Positions 1-14,217 are shown, counted from the first letter of the whole stretch. The stretch: DNA of 63,756 nucleotides, filler included, from Choristocarpus tenellus KU-1152 (GCA_964200185.2; 8 parts of 8 records of this genome joined end to end with filler, not necessarily neighbours in it), one strand, 5' to 3'. Notes: generated by a model from the sequence alone, not told the origin. Numbers and translations are program-made.

Positions 1-18
1 CCCCAGATACTTTGGGTC
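1..18. mobile_element. MITE family A, terminal fragment
   Basis: CCCCAGATACTTTGGGTC at the window start. Confidence 0.75.
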
Positions 19-1226
19 TGGTTTATGGTGCTTGAAAGCCAATGGTAGCTCATTGTTCAATGGCATCGTATTCTTGTGTCTGCTTATTTGTTGAATGATG
101 TTGCCATATACTTCACTAGTGTACTAGCGTTGTGTAAGGTGTTCCCACCCCAGAGAGTTCTACTGGTTGTACTGCGATGGTCCTGCCCTCAGCCTATATT
201 GCTGCAAATGATGCATCAGAAATAGGTGGCTTATTGGACACTTGTCTACCATATGAAGGTAGATCCATAGCTATATCCCACCCATAAGTATGTGCACTGG
301 GTCACCTTCTTCAATACTGCTCAAGCATGAGAGAGAGCAAAAGCTATGCAAGTGGTGGGCTTCTCTCACCTTTCAAACCTGTCCATTACTTGGCAATTCA
401 TGGTGATCCAGAGTGAATACTTTGCTTTGGGTTTACGGAATATGAGGGTGACTTGTTTGTATGCATACGCTTTTCGCTGTTAAGTTAACACTAAATTTAA
501 AGTGTTAGGGTTAGGGTTGCTAATGTCTTCTTTTTTATCGTTCTTAGAATGAGCGATGCACTACAGGCGCAACATATTGAACAGCCCGCTGAATTGGTCA
601 AAGGAAAAGTGGTACATTTTTTTGTAAGGATGTATGCATTCTTGAAGTAATCGTAGGGAGAGGTTTTTATGCCGCCGTTCAAATTTACTACCGACAATGT
701 TTGTGCCAGTAAATTGAGTGTTTTCTTCATCCACTGACACTTCAACCAGTGTCATGCAGCGCCAAACCATGCAAACCCTCTGAAATCGAGTGTTACCAGC
801 TCCAAACACGCTCGATTTCAGACGGAGTGGCCCTCCCCACGTTAACCATACTACACTCCAGAGGCAAATGAATCATGTCACGAAGGGGGGACTGGATGAA
901 TTATTTTTTTTCTAGATCATGTTACAGGCCCCTCAAGCATCGCACTTTCTTGCACTTATCCATTGATGCCGTGTGAACCCAGTGCTCTACCGAAAGTCAC
1001 CTCCGATGCAGCTCCAACCCTCTTTCACCGATTTGATACACGGTGCTGTCTGTCATTCTTTTGTACCCCATCTAACGCCTTTTTTATTTTTTTCTTTCGG
1101 CCGTCACCGCACCCCCCCCCCCCCCTGCCCCCACCGTACCCCCAGCGCCGCCCATCCCTATANNNNNNNNNNTTTTTTCTAGAAGAGGGCCCATGCCGAT
1201 TGTTGTGGGGGGGAGTGGCGTGGTGT

Positions 1227-1258
<32 letters not shown>

Positions 1259-1283
1259 CCCCCCCCCCCCCCCCCCCCCCCCG

Positions 1284-1499
1284 TGCGTCTGGATTGGTGT
1301 CCAATCAGAGGACCTGATAACTGCGATCAAGGGCGACATAAATTTTGCAGAGGAACGGTTTGACGACCCTGCTTTGGCGGCTCTTGCGACAGATCACCCT
1401 TTCTGGGCCACAGTGAAGGAAAAGACAGCTGGGGAAGAGGCAGGGGGGTCAGAGGATGCAATGGGAGATGAGGGTGGAAGCGGAACAAACTTGCCTTAG
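1284..1499 (+). CDS. Possible terminal exon of an unknown gene (VWIGVQSEDLITAIKGDINFAEERFDDPALAALATDHPFW...)
   Basis: Protein-like frame with acidic tail; upstream boundary obscured by low-quality homopolymer sequence. Confidence 0.4.
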   Translation, partial: CVWIGVQSEDLITAIKGDINFAEERFDDPALAALATDHPFWATVKEKTAGEEAGGSEDAMGDEGGSGTNLP

Positions 1500-1718
1500 G
1501 AGGCTTAGAAATCGGGGGGTGGTGGATGAGGGTGGTTAGGGTGACTAGTATGGGCGGAACGGCAAGTTCCCCTTTTGTGTCGTTTTTTTGTTTTGGTGTG
1601 CTCTGGGGGAACGAGGTGTTGTTTGTGTATGGCACAGCTTGTGACAGCTGTCTGGGGTTTTGTTCACATGAGTTGGGAGTCCTGGTGTAAGTATATGTTG
1701 CCCTATGACTGTGATGCT

Positions 1719-1767
<49 letters not shown>

Positions 1768-1777
1768 TTCTCTCTCT
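1719..1777. repeat. (CT)n microsatellite
   Basis: Direct reading. Confidence 0.95.
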
Positions 1778-4010
1778 TGACTGAAGTGAAGTGAAGGCAC
1801 TTTTGTATCTGCAACAACGGAAGGCTTCTTACTGTAGCCAAGCACGACAAAGGTCTGAAGGAGTGAGTGGCGTGGGCTGACGGGTTGTGTCAGTGTGGTG
1901 CCTCTTTTGAGTACCACTCTGTGTATTCTGGTACGATTCAGTCACGCGAATCTCCTGTAATCCTTGTCCTGTGGCCCTGCTGGATACGCAGTGACTTGAT
2001 GGGGGTGGAGGTTGAGAAGCGTTGGGTGTTGTTGACCAACATTTACTTCACTTGCCTGTTATTTATCCTGTGATGTTGTACTGATTTGTACGTATACAGA
2101 GTTTGTGTGAAAGGTCTGGATCAAATCTTAGTGCATCAAGAATCGGAATCGTGCTGACCCGAGCATGTTTTTTTTCTTTTTTTTCAAAAGATATCGTGCT
2201 ACTCGGAGGGCACAGTTTTCCTTTTCCCCCACCCTTGGACAAAGGCCACTCTTGCCGCTATGCCTTAGGTACTGCTGTACTTGGCGTAGATGAAGAGTGA
2301 GGCCGTGCTAAGGATCTGAGGAGAGCTCTTTCAGAAAGTGTAGGGATGAAATGTGTGCTTGTTGTCATGTAGTTTTGCGAAAATGAAACCAGAGAGTTGG
2401 GTATTGTTCATTTGGTGGCATATCTTACGCACATTGTGAAAGCGGGCAGAGATACAGAAGCCCAAGGCAGCAGACACAATTGGGCACGTTTTTGTGAATT
2501 GAATTTGCAGTCTCTTTGAGGTCTTCGTTTGGATTTGGATTTGACATGATGCTGTTCTGCATGTTGCCTAGGGTTGTCTCTGGTCAAGTCCTGCTTTCTT
2601 TATTGTAATGTATTTCGAAGGTATCTTGCCACGACCAAGCATAGTGGGCATGTGTTTTTTTGGGAAGTTGAGTCAACAAGTATCCTGCAGAGAGCATCCA
2701 AACTGCGCGGAAAATGCTCTCACTTGCTTGCCGAGCTTCTTGTAACTTTTCATGCCCTGAATGCATGTCCAATAATGTAAAGCATATCTATTTGGGCGGT
2801 TGAGTACAAGGTGAACGTGCAGGATCAGAATACCTGACAATATTTTACTCTGCCCACAAGTAAGTCACGATCTCTCTGAAGTGTATCCTTGCTCTTTCCG
2901 GCCGTTCCAAACAGCACAGTGTCTCCCTTAATGTCATAAATATTAGCTATACAGAAATTGATGACTCCGTACATACAATGTTTTTCAATATACCCTCCAC
3001 CTGATCGGAAATAGCAATCGACTCAGCATGGCTCTAAACAGTAACAATAGTAGAGGTGCTCTTTCCACTGTCATTGTTGTTACTGAGCCTCCGTTGTTTC
3101 TGAGTGCAATAAAGTAGTACTCAATGTTTCTTTTATTCCTGTCGTGAAGCGAAGCCCGTTCTGAGCACCTTCTTCAGAACACAGAACGAAAATATCCTTC
3201 CATACAAGGTCCGATGGTGGCAAGGCACTCGCTCAGTCACCAACACATTATTACTATTATGGTTATATTAAAATTGGACCAGGTAGCTGTTACGGAGCTA
3301 GACCGCAAGCCAGCTCGGTAAAAACACTCTCCGAAAGGATCAGACTGGTTTAGTGGGGATGGGCAGTGAACTGGGTGGGAAAAATATGTACAACAAGAAC
3401 GGAACAGGACGCTCAACATAAAGTCGTGGCTGGGCCTCAGGCTGACTCAGGGAAGATATCTTTTGAAAGGAACAGGCCAGGGCTCAGCGTAAGCGGGGTC
3501 AGTTCTGAGATTGGTTGGGCTGGGACAGGTGGTTTGGGTGTGATTTGTGCACTAGTATGTGGATTTCAGAATTTCAAAATATCAAGGGAGAGTTTCAGAC
3601 CTAAGGCGCGTTGTTCACGAACCTACATAGCGTACCTGTGTCGTGATATGAATAAAGTGAAGAGGGTACAGTATCTTTTAAATGTGCTTCTTTTCTGTAT
3701 CGAGTTACCTTAAATTTATGAGACCTGGCAAAAGAATATATAGATGGTTGTCCTGTCCTTTTTTTAATGTTCTCCTGGAAACATTTTACAAAATTCAGAG
3801 AGTCTGTCTGCCTGTTGTCTTCTACTATATACAATCTATTTTTTTTTAACTCTTCTGTCTGTACGAGGTTGTATAGGATGCAGTTGTTAACAAATAGAAT
3901 ATCGAAAAAAAACAGTTTGCGAAGCCACACTCTTCTTCTGGAAAGCAGACGAGGTACCCACTTATTTCTGTTCGTGTATCAGCTCCTCCTCCTCCTTGGC
4001 GATGTGCTCC

Positions 4011-4267
4011 CGGCCAAACCAACTGAGAGGTAGGCAGGGTTGCATTTGAAGGATCCTAAGAAATGGGAATAAATATGCATTTTGTACAATTGAAGAAAGA
4101 GCCTTTGCTTAACTGTGAGGCCACTTTTGTGTGTGGAAAGGGAGAATATCAATTTTGCATACACTATGTGCTAATAAAGTAATGAAATAGTATATTCCCC
4201 AGGGTAAGAAATATGGATTTGAATGCAAAAGGGTCCAAACCTACCTACCTCGTAATTGGTTTCGATC
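4011..4267. mobile_element. MITE family C, complete, diverged
   Basis: GCCAAACCAACTGAGAGGTAGGCAGG...CCTACCTACCTCGTAATTGGTTT; collinear with 39277-39534. Confidence 0.85.
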
Positions 4268-5251
4268 TTCTTACGACGTAAATCTTCAGAATTGAATTCG
4301 CCTTCCAATACTAGAGAAGGTTCAGTTTCTTCTTGGTGAGTGCAGGAGAGGGCACAAGCAAATTACCATACACTACGTGGCATACTTGAACCTGTTAGAG
4401 TAGCCACAGAACCTTGCTTGCCTTCCCCATTCAACACTATAAATTAGTGGATCATTGAACAAATCCTCCTACAGCTCCAGCTTGGCCATAGCCCTGTCTC
4501 TTAGCCATGTTCATCTATTGACAAACAGCAATGTACTGCACCTCTATGTGCGCGGATCAAGGAAGAAGTGTCACTTGCTCCACCATAGAATTAGTCTTCC
4601 TCATGTTGCAATTTTCCATATCAGTCATAAAAGAAACTTGCGTGGACTTTGTCCTGTGGGACCATAGTACCCCAGTGGAGGTTCCATGCGTCCATTCGGA
4701 GCCTTTGTGAGTCTGTAATGAGTTTCGTGTCATTCGAGAGAACGAGTCAGGTGTAAGGATAAATTCCTCCATCTGGACGCACCTTCCTTTCCATTCCTCT
4801 GCCTGGACCAGTGGTCGTACATTTTTTTATAGTGCGTCATCACTGCCACCCGCAGCTCTGATCGAGTGCGATTCTCTTTTCAGATAATGCCGATGATGTC
4901 CATCACCAGGGGGATGGTTTGGCTCATCAAGATCCATCACGTCAACCCTAAGTGCATGCATTGAGATCCATGGATGAATCCAGAAGAGTTGCAAGTTTGT
5001 GGAGGAATGCCCACTCTTTGTTGCCGAAGTTCATGCTCTTGGGATATCTCTCCAATGTATGCGTTGACGGCTGCTTGAAAAACGAGGTGACTGACTGATC
5101 CCAACCTACAGATAAGTCATACCAAAAAAGAAGAAAAAAATACTAGGAACAAAATGAAGTGGAAGAGAGCAAGAATGAAAGCAAAAACAACGTACTGCAT
5201 ACTGCAGTAGTAACAGAGATTCAATTCGAGTATCAAAGATGAAGTACCTGG

Positions 5252-5351
5252 NNNNNNNNNNNNNNNNNNNNNNNNNNNNNNNNNNNNNNNNNNNNTTAAT
5301 TAATTAANNNNNNNNNNNNNNNNNNNNNNNNNNNNNNNNNNNNNNNNNNNN
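5252..5351. other. Artificial contig linker (also 11242-11341, 14377-14476, 17979-18078, 45841-45940, 52397-52496, 61007-61106)
   Basis: Identical N44-TTAATTAATTAA-N44 with stops in all six frames. Confidence 0.98.
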
Positions 5352-7509
5352 AGTAAGTGCCGCAACATTTACAAAAAAAACATATGGGCATTTTCCGCGC
5401 ACCATTTTGGGTCTAACCCATCCTCCATAGTATGCTCCATTCTCAATTTTGGTGAGAGGCTGTTATATGTCAAGGGAAAACCAAACTATATCACAAGGAC
5501 TCGTATAAAATTAACAGGTTGGAGTATACAGGGGTACCCCCTGTCTTTGTGAATTACCACTGTAATATTGGCTTTTTCGTACGTATGTTTGGATACTAAT
5601 CTCTAGTCCTAGCCCTAAATCTAACTCTAACTCTAGCTTGTGTATGACACATATTCCTAATCAAACAAGTAAACATTCTAGAAGGACTGGCAGAGGAGCA
5701 CAGGGTGAACTGGGGAACCACAACTTCTCGAGGATCCACCACATTTCTCTTTTTCACTCACATTTCAAGAATCCAAATGTAACCCTAACCCCAACATGTG
5801 TACGAAAAATAACCCTAAGCTTCATTTGAAGTCTGTAAAGTATGGCAGTGGTGGTTCCCCAAGACTGCAGTGGTTCCAAAGACGGGACTTCCCCTGTCCA
5901 CTTCAAGGTGTTGCCAATGCAGAAGGTACCTCTCTAATAGTATATACTATTTGAAAACCAACAATACAATAATGCTCTCCTAATTGAAGGTTGGTAACTA
6001 CAAAATACTCTGTACACTCCGATACCTCCAACCTAACATAGCCCTACTAAGGTGGGCATGGAGGTAGGGAAGCATCCGAAGAATCTGACAGGTCCCTTCA
6101 TGCCTACCTGACTGGTTTCTCTATGTTGAAACGCACGATGTATTTCGAGAGAGCCACTTGTCCAGTGATGGACACTATCTGTCTCAAACAGGAATGCTTG
6201 ACAGCCCCTTCCCTACATTACCCTCCCACCCCTCTCACCCCTACTGTGTGCACGTTCCACCAACTTTGCACGTGTAAGTCGAACCTGCTGGTCCCAAATG
6301 CTCAGCATGAATGCCAGGAACAAGGTGAACACTGCTGTGCACTTCAAAGAAATCATGGCCTTCACCACGTTGTTCAACAATCCCTTTGTGAAGAGGTTTC
6401 ACATAAGTATGTTTCCTTTGATTATATAATAATTTTGGAGTGTGTGCACTGGCATAAATGTTCGGTCTCTACACTTGACCGGACTAGAAAGGGTGTGGCG
6501 ATGCCTGACCACCCAGTCCACACGTACGTATTGATCCATTTACTCTCGTATATCTACCATTACAAATAGAGTAGAATAATACAGATGCAGTAACAAGAGG
6601 TATCTATGATACACTTCCTTGGCCGTCAATACCACTAGTGAATTGCTGTTACCTATCTGGTTAGCTACTCGAAACTGTATTTGCAGCTCCACTGGTAGTG
6701 TCGATGTGTGTCCCAGCACCTATGACCACCACGTACTCCTCCGCCTTGAACTCTCAACATTGGAACATTAGGCAACATCTCCGTAGAGAGTCTAAAAGAA
6801 GTATGGTATCCCTAATCTATTGCATTCGTCCACACCTTTGCATTACACCCGAGAGTACTTTGTATCTCCTTGGATTTGACTCTTTATAAATGGTGTTCTG
6901 ACATAATGCCTCACAAGTTGAGTAGACAAAAATCAAACTACGCATTATAGGCACAAGTATCTGTTACAGGCGATATGTCTTAATAGGGGTTCATAAATAT
7001 CCTTATGACCTTGAAGTTCTAGGATAATATATTTGTACTACTTGATCATTTACATGTTGTCATTAAGAGACCAACAACATAGAACGAGGGGTTTTCGGTC
7101 GTTTTCATTCCCTCATGATAACCCGAAAGTTGATAATTGAAGTGAAAGATCCAGCATATTTGAAGACACTTAAACTATGGAGCCTTCTACGAGTGTCATG
7201 GTTCACATACAGCCTTGTGGATTGGGGCTACACATCCTATCATGGTAAGCTTGTGGAGAGTAATGCAACTAGAGGTCGCTTGCGGAGCGCATTGAATATA
7301 TCGGTTGGTTCGTGACATTGCCCAATTCTATTATAGACACCTTCAATAGTTTCACAAGGTCCACCCTTACGATATGATAGGGTTAAAACACTACAGGGCT
7401 TCGGTTGTTTCGGTTGTTCAACTATTAGAATTCTGCATTATTGGTTGTTATCAGGTCCAAGGATAAACCATTGTATCACACACACACACACTCATCTCAA
7501 ACCAGAAAA

Positions 7510-7683
7510 GACCCAAAGTATCTGGGGGGCGGGGTCTGCATCAGGGTGTCTATTTGGGTCAAAATCAGGAAACGTGCATTTATACTATCCATACGACGTA
7601 TGCAACCAAATTACCCAAAAATCGCAACATGAAAAAATTGACCCCAAATGGACAGCCGCCACTCCCCCCTGATACTTTGAGCC
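7510..7683. mobile_element. MITE family A, complete (174 bp), TSD AAA
   Basis: GACCCAAAGTATCTGGGGGG...CCCCCCTGATACTTTGAGCC flanked by aaa/aaa. Confidence 0.9.
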
Positions 7684-10583
7684 AAACTGCCCACTGTCTC
7701 CGGGTCCTCTTCATTCGGTTCCTTTCCGTAGAGAGGACCTCCCCAACCCCACACTCCCTGATCAACTCGCACAAATCTAGTAGGAGGACTGGACCTCCCT
7801 CACTCCTTTCTTCTCCTCCTTGCTTGTCCTCGCCTTTACCAGATACTGTACCCTTTCCCTTGGCTTGCCCCTGCCTTCTTTCTATAGCACGTTCCCATGG
7901 CCTCCATTTGTTGCTGAAAGTTTATCAAATAATTGTCTCCCCATCACCTGATCTCGAACGTGTATCCAACCTCCTCCTCTTGTAGGCTATCTCTTGTTTG
8001 CATGTGAACTATCAATGCCCCACCTACTCCACATGTCGTACGGCATGATCCCTCAACCAATGAAATCGCAATGATGACGCCATGAATTCTATCAGCATGC
8101 ACAAAAAACAGGATTTTCGAAACCTTCCATTTTGGAGGGCGAATTGAGTTACCCAACCCAGTCATGCATCAAGCAGGCGATGTGACAGACCTCGCACAGT
8201 GCGCAAGAAGAAATTGTACTTTTAGTGTCGTGAAGAATTTTATGTTTAATATTAAATCAGGTAGAAAATTTTCAATTTGTTCGATTTACTAAATGTAGAC
8301 GAGACATAAGTTTGTGGAGATCTGTATGGCTTAACAGATAGGTTGCGTACACTCTTGATGCTATACTACATCATATTGAATGTTGTTCAAACCTCTTGGA
8401 CAGAAACTCTTTCTCTTCCCTGAAACAGTCCTTCTCAGATTTTGTGTTTCAATGCCACATTGTGTTGTGTTTCTTGAGGATGTGATGTATATAATAAATT
8501 TGAAGTGCAATGAATTCCATTATGTTGAGTATGGATAGTGTTGTTGCAGGAAAAACAATTAGTAGTCAGCGTGATACGGTGTTTAGTAATAAGTGCACGG
8601 TTGCTGTTTAACGACTGATCGATTATAAGGGTCTTTGCTTATCAGTAGGCCCCTTCAAGTGGACAAAGTGTCACGCCCTTTGAAGTAAAGCTCCCTTCCT
8701 TGAATGGAGGAACATATACAAAGACAATAATGTGTAGTGGGTTGTGGTTAGAGAGACCTTGTTATCATTAATTTATTATTGATAATAGATTGTGTACTTC
8801 TATGTGACCTATTGAGAGACCTTCAGCATACTTCTGATTGTACTGTAATTTGTCAAAAAAATTGTGACCTTTTCAGTTCTTCTGCGTGTTGGCTATTCCA
8901 ATTTTTGAACTGACTGGACGACACCTATGTATGTGCTGTTCGAAAAAACACATAGAATCCTTTGGTCAATCGGACACAACCCGATAGGAAAATAAAAACA
9001 ATAGTTTTGGATGTCCTCAAAACCGCACACTATTTCTTGAAGTCGGGTGGATAACACCTACAACCCTTCACACATCACTCACCCCTTCACGAGTTTGAAC
9101 TCCTTTTTCTGTCTGGTCCAAGAGGTGTGAGATTCTGCGAACTACAGGCATGCATAGGTTTCATACAAAGTTGGGATGTGCATGTTCAATATGAATGAGT
9201 GCTGACAGAAACTACGACCTCACCAGAAACATGCCTATAATCCAAGCACCACCTATGGATCTTGTTTGCAACATGGGACCACTCATGCCCAACACTCAAC
9301 AGGTGGCAATGGTGTAGGTGGAGCTCCGTTACCTCAGGGTAGTATTTCGACCCAGGGGGAAGGAAGGGATCGTCTGGACAGGCATACAGACCTCAACTCC
9401 GACAAAGTCGAAGTGGGCAGAGGGATGGTGTCCTGTCTAAAAGATACCAGAGGCTCCACAACTGAAAGTAATATTGGGGTGGTGACAGGGAGGGTAAGGC
9501 ATCACAAATGACAAGGCCCGAATAATATATTATTAATTCTAATCCTACAAGCTTTGCATGTCTGAAAAAAATGTTTGACCTACTAATGTAGAGGACAGGG
9601 GTGTGAACTGATTGTTATCCGCTTGGTAGTTTCCGTTGATCCTTTTGTTGATTGGTGTCTGCGATCAGAAGGAGGTTGTCATTGTTCCGTGCAGAAAGCA
9701 TTTGAGAAGACCGAAGTTTCCCTGCCGTTGGGTCAGATAAGGAACGTGAAATGCTGCCATATGTACACTCAAGGCAGAGTTGGGAGAGGTTAACTACAAA
9801 ATAACCTGCATCTATTGGCATTCAAACCCATCAACAATGAGCCATCCAGACCAACCAGGCCCCACCCTCCATAATAGTTGAAATCTTTACTGGATGTAGT
9901 GCTTATAAGTACAAATTGACAAGTGCTCTGCATATAGGCTTGGAATCTTGTGGCAGCAAAGATGCCATCCAGTGCACTGAAGCACTGATGAAATCCAATG
10001 TGATAAGTCTAATGGTGTCTCTGAGGATAGGCTTTGTTGATACTGTAGGATAGAGATGCACGCTCCAGCAGAGATTCGTTGCCTTATGATAACGGCAGCA
10101 AACATATTAAACCTGAACGTATCCAACCCAGGTGCGCATCGATGTATACTGAATAACAAGAGAAAGGTAGAAGATACCAGGAATATCTGTCCTATCTGAA
10201 AAGGAATAAGTTTAACTCTGAGTCAACGTGTATGTGTCACATGGGTACTGACATACTACTGAACTTGTATGATGGATACAGACTATCAATGCGTAAAAAA
10301 GAGTGTCTGTGACCATATAGAGCGATTCAATGAGATATGATCATGTACAGTGCATTTCTGTGATTAGTAGGTGTGAGCACTCACACACTAAGGAAGCATC
10401 ACTTGAGAACAGAGCAACCAAAGTCCAACCATGGTGGTGTTGATATTGAATCGTATCTATGCATCAAAGGGACATTATCCTATGTTTCAACATAATAACT
10501 CTAATCAAGAACCACAGTCTTATGTGTCTTGTAGCATGTGGTAGGAACATCGCATACCAGACTCATGTTTTGCTACCGCCAAA

Positions 10584-10850
10584 GAGTCAAATAAGCGAGA
10601 GGTACTCAGAGTTGCATGCAAAGGATGCTGACAAATAGGCGCAAATTTCGGCATTTTGTACAAATCTGTGCAGGGAATTTTATTCTGAACTCTGTCGAAA
10701 ATCACTAAACAATCGAGAAATCGACGCTCTCAAGTCAAACTTAGTATTTCATCCATAAAAATAAAAAGAAGGGTGAATTCCAAAAGACGAAAACAGTGGC
10801 TTTAAATGAAAAGCGGCCAAAACCTGGGTACCTCTCTTTTACTCTGACTC
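10584..10850. mobile_element. MITE family D (267 bp), TSD AAA
   Basis: GAGTCAAATAAGCGAGAGGTACTCAG...CTGGGTACCTCTCTTTTACTCTGACTC flanked by aaa/aaa. Confidence 0.8.
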
Positions 10851-11081
10851 AAAGGAAATCGACTTAAAGCCTAATATGCACCTGTACCAAATGTATCCAC
10901 ACAAATGCACACAAAAAAAAACTCTGAATTAGGCTGGGTATCAAAACAAGTTGCACCAAAAGCACAATACTTACACAACCCACTTGGTCCACAATTCTGC
11001 TTTGTCCGTGAGACACAGGGGGAATGCATACTAAAAAAAAGGGCATCTTGCAGTCCATGCGGGGCAGGGAGCAGAGCAATA

Positions 11082-11200
11082 GAGCCAAACCAATTGAGAG
11101 GTAGGCAGGTTTGGACCCTTTTGTATTCTATGCCGTTTTTATTGCCCGCTGCAATTCACTCTACTTCGTTGCTTATGTCCATAACAGCGTACGCAACATT
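11082..11200. mobile_element. MITE family C, partial (reverse orientation)
   Basis: GAGCCAAACCAATTGAGAGGTAGGCAGGTTTG; reverse complement of the right half of other copies. Confidence 0.8.
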
Positions 11201-11241
11201 GAGCCAAAGCATCTTAGAGGGTAGAGCCACGTCCATTTGGA
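11201..11241. mobile_element. MITE family B, left end, nested in a family C copy
   Basis: GAGCCAAAGCATCTTAGAGGGTAGAGCCACGTCCATTTGG to contig end. Confidence 0.85.
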
Positions 11242-11341
11242 NNNNNNNNNNNNNNNNNNNNNNNNNNNNNNNNNNNNNNNNNNNNTTAATTAATTAANNN
11301 NNNNNNNNNNNNNNNNNNNNNNNNNNNNNNNNNNNNNNNNN

Positions 11342-11733
11342 CTGTTAATGGGGTGGGTGATAGAGCATCTCCTGTGGGGATGACTACGAGTCCGTTGGCA
11401 GTGAGACCTCCTCGGAGGACATCACCACAGAGGTTATCTACCGGTAGCTCAGTGGTTGATGATGATCTTCTTGATACTCCACCCACTCCGCCGCACTTGG
11501 CTCCTCAGGATGCGGGGGTAGGAGATAAGGTGCAAGTGGGAGGGGTGAGGGGTGATCAGAGGGGCGAAGTGCGGCTGAGAGGTCATATGTCCAACATTAC
11601 TCCAGGAGGAGTGGTGGAAGGAGAGGCAGATGGGTTGCCTTCGTCGATCCCATTTATGGTAGGGGGCCCTTCCTTTGACCCGAATAGAGAAACCAATGAT
11701 TTGTCTGAAATGATCTACCACATACCTAGATGA
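11342..11733 (+). CDS. Probable terminal exon of an unknown gene (disordered, S/P/G-rich)
   Basis: Open frame from near the contig start to TGA; protein-like composition; GC-richer than the downstream flank. Confidence 0.4.
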
Positions 11734-12213
11734 GCCCCATCAGGGCTGTATGGCCACAAGATGTCTGTTGACTAAGTAATGAAGGTCTCTGGAAGTTGGG
11801 GTACCATGGAGCATTGGAAGCTGGTGGTGTGTGTTTCTCCAGGCGCTGTGTGTGATTTTAAGAAGTTTTTTAAAATAATATAATGTGTGTGTGTGTGTGC
11901 TGAATGTAAGCTGGTCCAATGCGTGATGGTCTCCGGGCACTTGTTGGTACCTTATTGGTTTGAATGTTGTTGTTGTTGGTACATAGGTCTGAGGCGTGCT
12001 TGCTCTCTGTAGGCGAGGGGGAATAGAAAATGTGACACAAGGCCTGATGCATGGCCTATTGATGATTCTGTATACTAAGAATGTGGCACAGTATCAGTAG
12101 AATTTTTTTTTCTAGCTGTTTGTTCCTATTTTTTTTTCTTGATGACTTGAGTTTGGGTGTTGGCAGCTTTATTGTTATTTTGTGTTTTTTTAGTTTTTTG
12201 TCTCTGAGTTTGT

Positions 12214-12420
12214 AGTTTAGTTGGTGGCATTACTTGGCAAATGCATTCCAATCACATAGTATGGTAGTCTGCATGTGGCATTGAGTGCCAGTCACCTCAG
12301 GGAGTAGTTGACTACCTCTGTCCTCTGGTTTGGGTTCTATCCACGAAATGGCATCAATGCCTTGGAAGAAGATAGATGATCCTGTATTGCAGTGAGGTTT
12401 ACAACTTTGAAACATTGTAG
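12214..12420 (+). mobile_element. hAT dimerisation-domain relic
   Basis: FSWWHYLANAFQSHSMVVCMWH*VPVTSGSS* resembles WW-x5-FP-x-L-x3-A-x3-L-x-P-x-TS-x2-SER. Confidence 0.45.
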
Positions 12421-13289
12421 GGAAATGAACGCCAGAGTTGTTTTTACAATGGTTTTGGCAATTCGATGTTATTGTTGATCTTTGTTGGTGGTGTGATCTG
12501 AGTAGAGGTAGCAGTCCTTGCGCCATGTCTGTGGGATACAAGACTTGTCAATGGTATGGGCGAGGGGGATAAGCCATGTGGCAACATACTACTAGTACAC
12601 TTGGACTACTAAACCAATCGTGCCAGGTACTCTCTTGCATCTGCAATTATTTGCCAACGATATTGTTGCTGTTGCTGCTGCTGCTGCTGCTGTGGCTGAG
12701 ATAAGGTGACAAAACACAACTACCTGGACAGATGACTAACCCCAACCCTATTGTAACGCACTTTCCTAGTGGGTCTCGCAACACAGCAGGCGGGGCGATT
12801 TCTGAGAAAAGTAGCTATGCATCTAGTGGGCGATAGTGGGGCAGGGGGGTGCTTGGTCTGAAGGGGGCTATGAAGATGTGCTTGCGACAATCGCGTTGGT
12901 GACGTAACAGGCATTGGTGACAGGGCATGCCATTAGTTTTACGGTTGAGACACCTGGCTTATGGGTCAGGTGGGGGTCGACTGGTGCTGTGTGTCCTTCA
13001 TATGTTGGCTGATACTGTAGATCCGATGGGCAGCTGTACCATACTATTCTTGTTTTTCTCAGAGAGAGGGATATCATATTATAGTACGAGAGCTACTGCG
13101 TTGGGAGGGCTTCACTGTAAGCAGTGCAACAGCAGTGGATCAGTAGTAGCAATACTTCAGTATGTACAAGCACTAAGTTGCTTTGTGTCTGTCGTTTACT
13201 GTCTACTGTCGCTGTCACTGTATAATTTTCTCCAATAATGTGCGAAATGGACATCTGCTTATGATCACATAGACGACTACTCCTTTTTC

Positions 13290-13690
13290 TTAATTGTACG
13301 TGGTGAACCAAGTATATCTGCAGTGGGTCTGTCACTCTATTTTGTCTCATGTCCTCCCTGATACTTTCTGCCTTGAGCGACATGGATGGTGCACAGGTAA
13401 GTGCGCAGAGACTACAAACAAGCTTATCAAACCATTATTTTTTAATACAATATGCAGCTGCACAGGAAAGCTCTATGTGAAGAAAGTATATAGTGGGGAG
13501 ATCGTGTTTGCCAATGACCAAACCACAATTGAATGGACTCTTTGTGCTTAGTACGTAGACAAGGTATGGTCCGGCTCATTGCGATCTCTCTGGTAGTAGT
13601 GCTAAACAGTCGAGGATATTGGGGCTCAAGTTCATTATAGTGATGCCACACTTTCCTTTTCTCTCCGGAGTTTGCTATGATTGTTTTCAT
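13290..13690 (-). mobile_element. Possible hAT transposase N-terminal relic
   Basis: KRKVWHHY (BED-like start) and frameshifted HIVLKNNGLISLF...CRSRQKVS (PF-x-IVE-x2-GF...PSR-like). Confidence 0.35.
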
Positions 13691-14217
13691 ATTGGGGAAG
13701 GCACTTGATCTATTTATAGGAGTACTACAGTAGCACTCAATGAAACAGAAGGAAAATGCAACACAAAGGGTTGAAGGAGTAGGGGCCAGTCACGAAAAGG
13801 AATATTGGCATCAATGCGAAGCCCTGTATGTAGGTGACGTTGACCCCAGAATATACCTTTGTCGTGCAACTTGTCCAATCCTGACCCTCAAACTGGATAT
13901 CGGTTTTATTCTACAGTTTCTGGTGATTCAGAGGTGCTTTTGATGCGGCATCGTCAAGAAGAGTCTGTTCCATACTTCCATTACCTAATATAGTCCACGA
14001 GCCATTTATTGGAGTGCTACAGGAGGGTAGGGAGTCGTAATCCATAAGCATCGTGAACGGTATCTCAGGCACTGCCAATCAACATTAACTCGTGGTATGA
14101 AGGGGTAATCCATTGTGCTGGCACATGTGCATCCAAGGTCGTTACTATCTGGTTGTGAAGTCATTTTCAATATGTGCATGCATTCTATTGAGATGTGGGG
14201 ATTATTAGACTTCACAT

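Noticed and set aside
1075-1283. Poly-Pro/Phe/Lys/Gly ORFs
   Set aside because: Low-quality homopolymer sequence around a 10-N gap.
5252-5351. Recurrent TTAATTAATTAA palindrome between N runs
   Set aside because: Artificial concatenation linker; adjacency across it has no biological meaning.
4620-8750. LINE-like peptides (NDTKLITDSQ...LHW near 4700; IIVFVYVPP near 8720)
   Set aside because: Single weak motifs on different contigs; insufficient for a call.
9330-10480. Possible multi-exon minus-strand gene
   Set aside because: Several ag/gt-bounded segments, but no consistent phase chain or recognisable protein.
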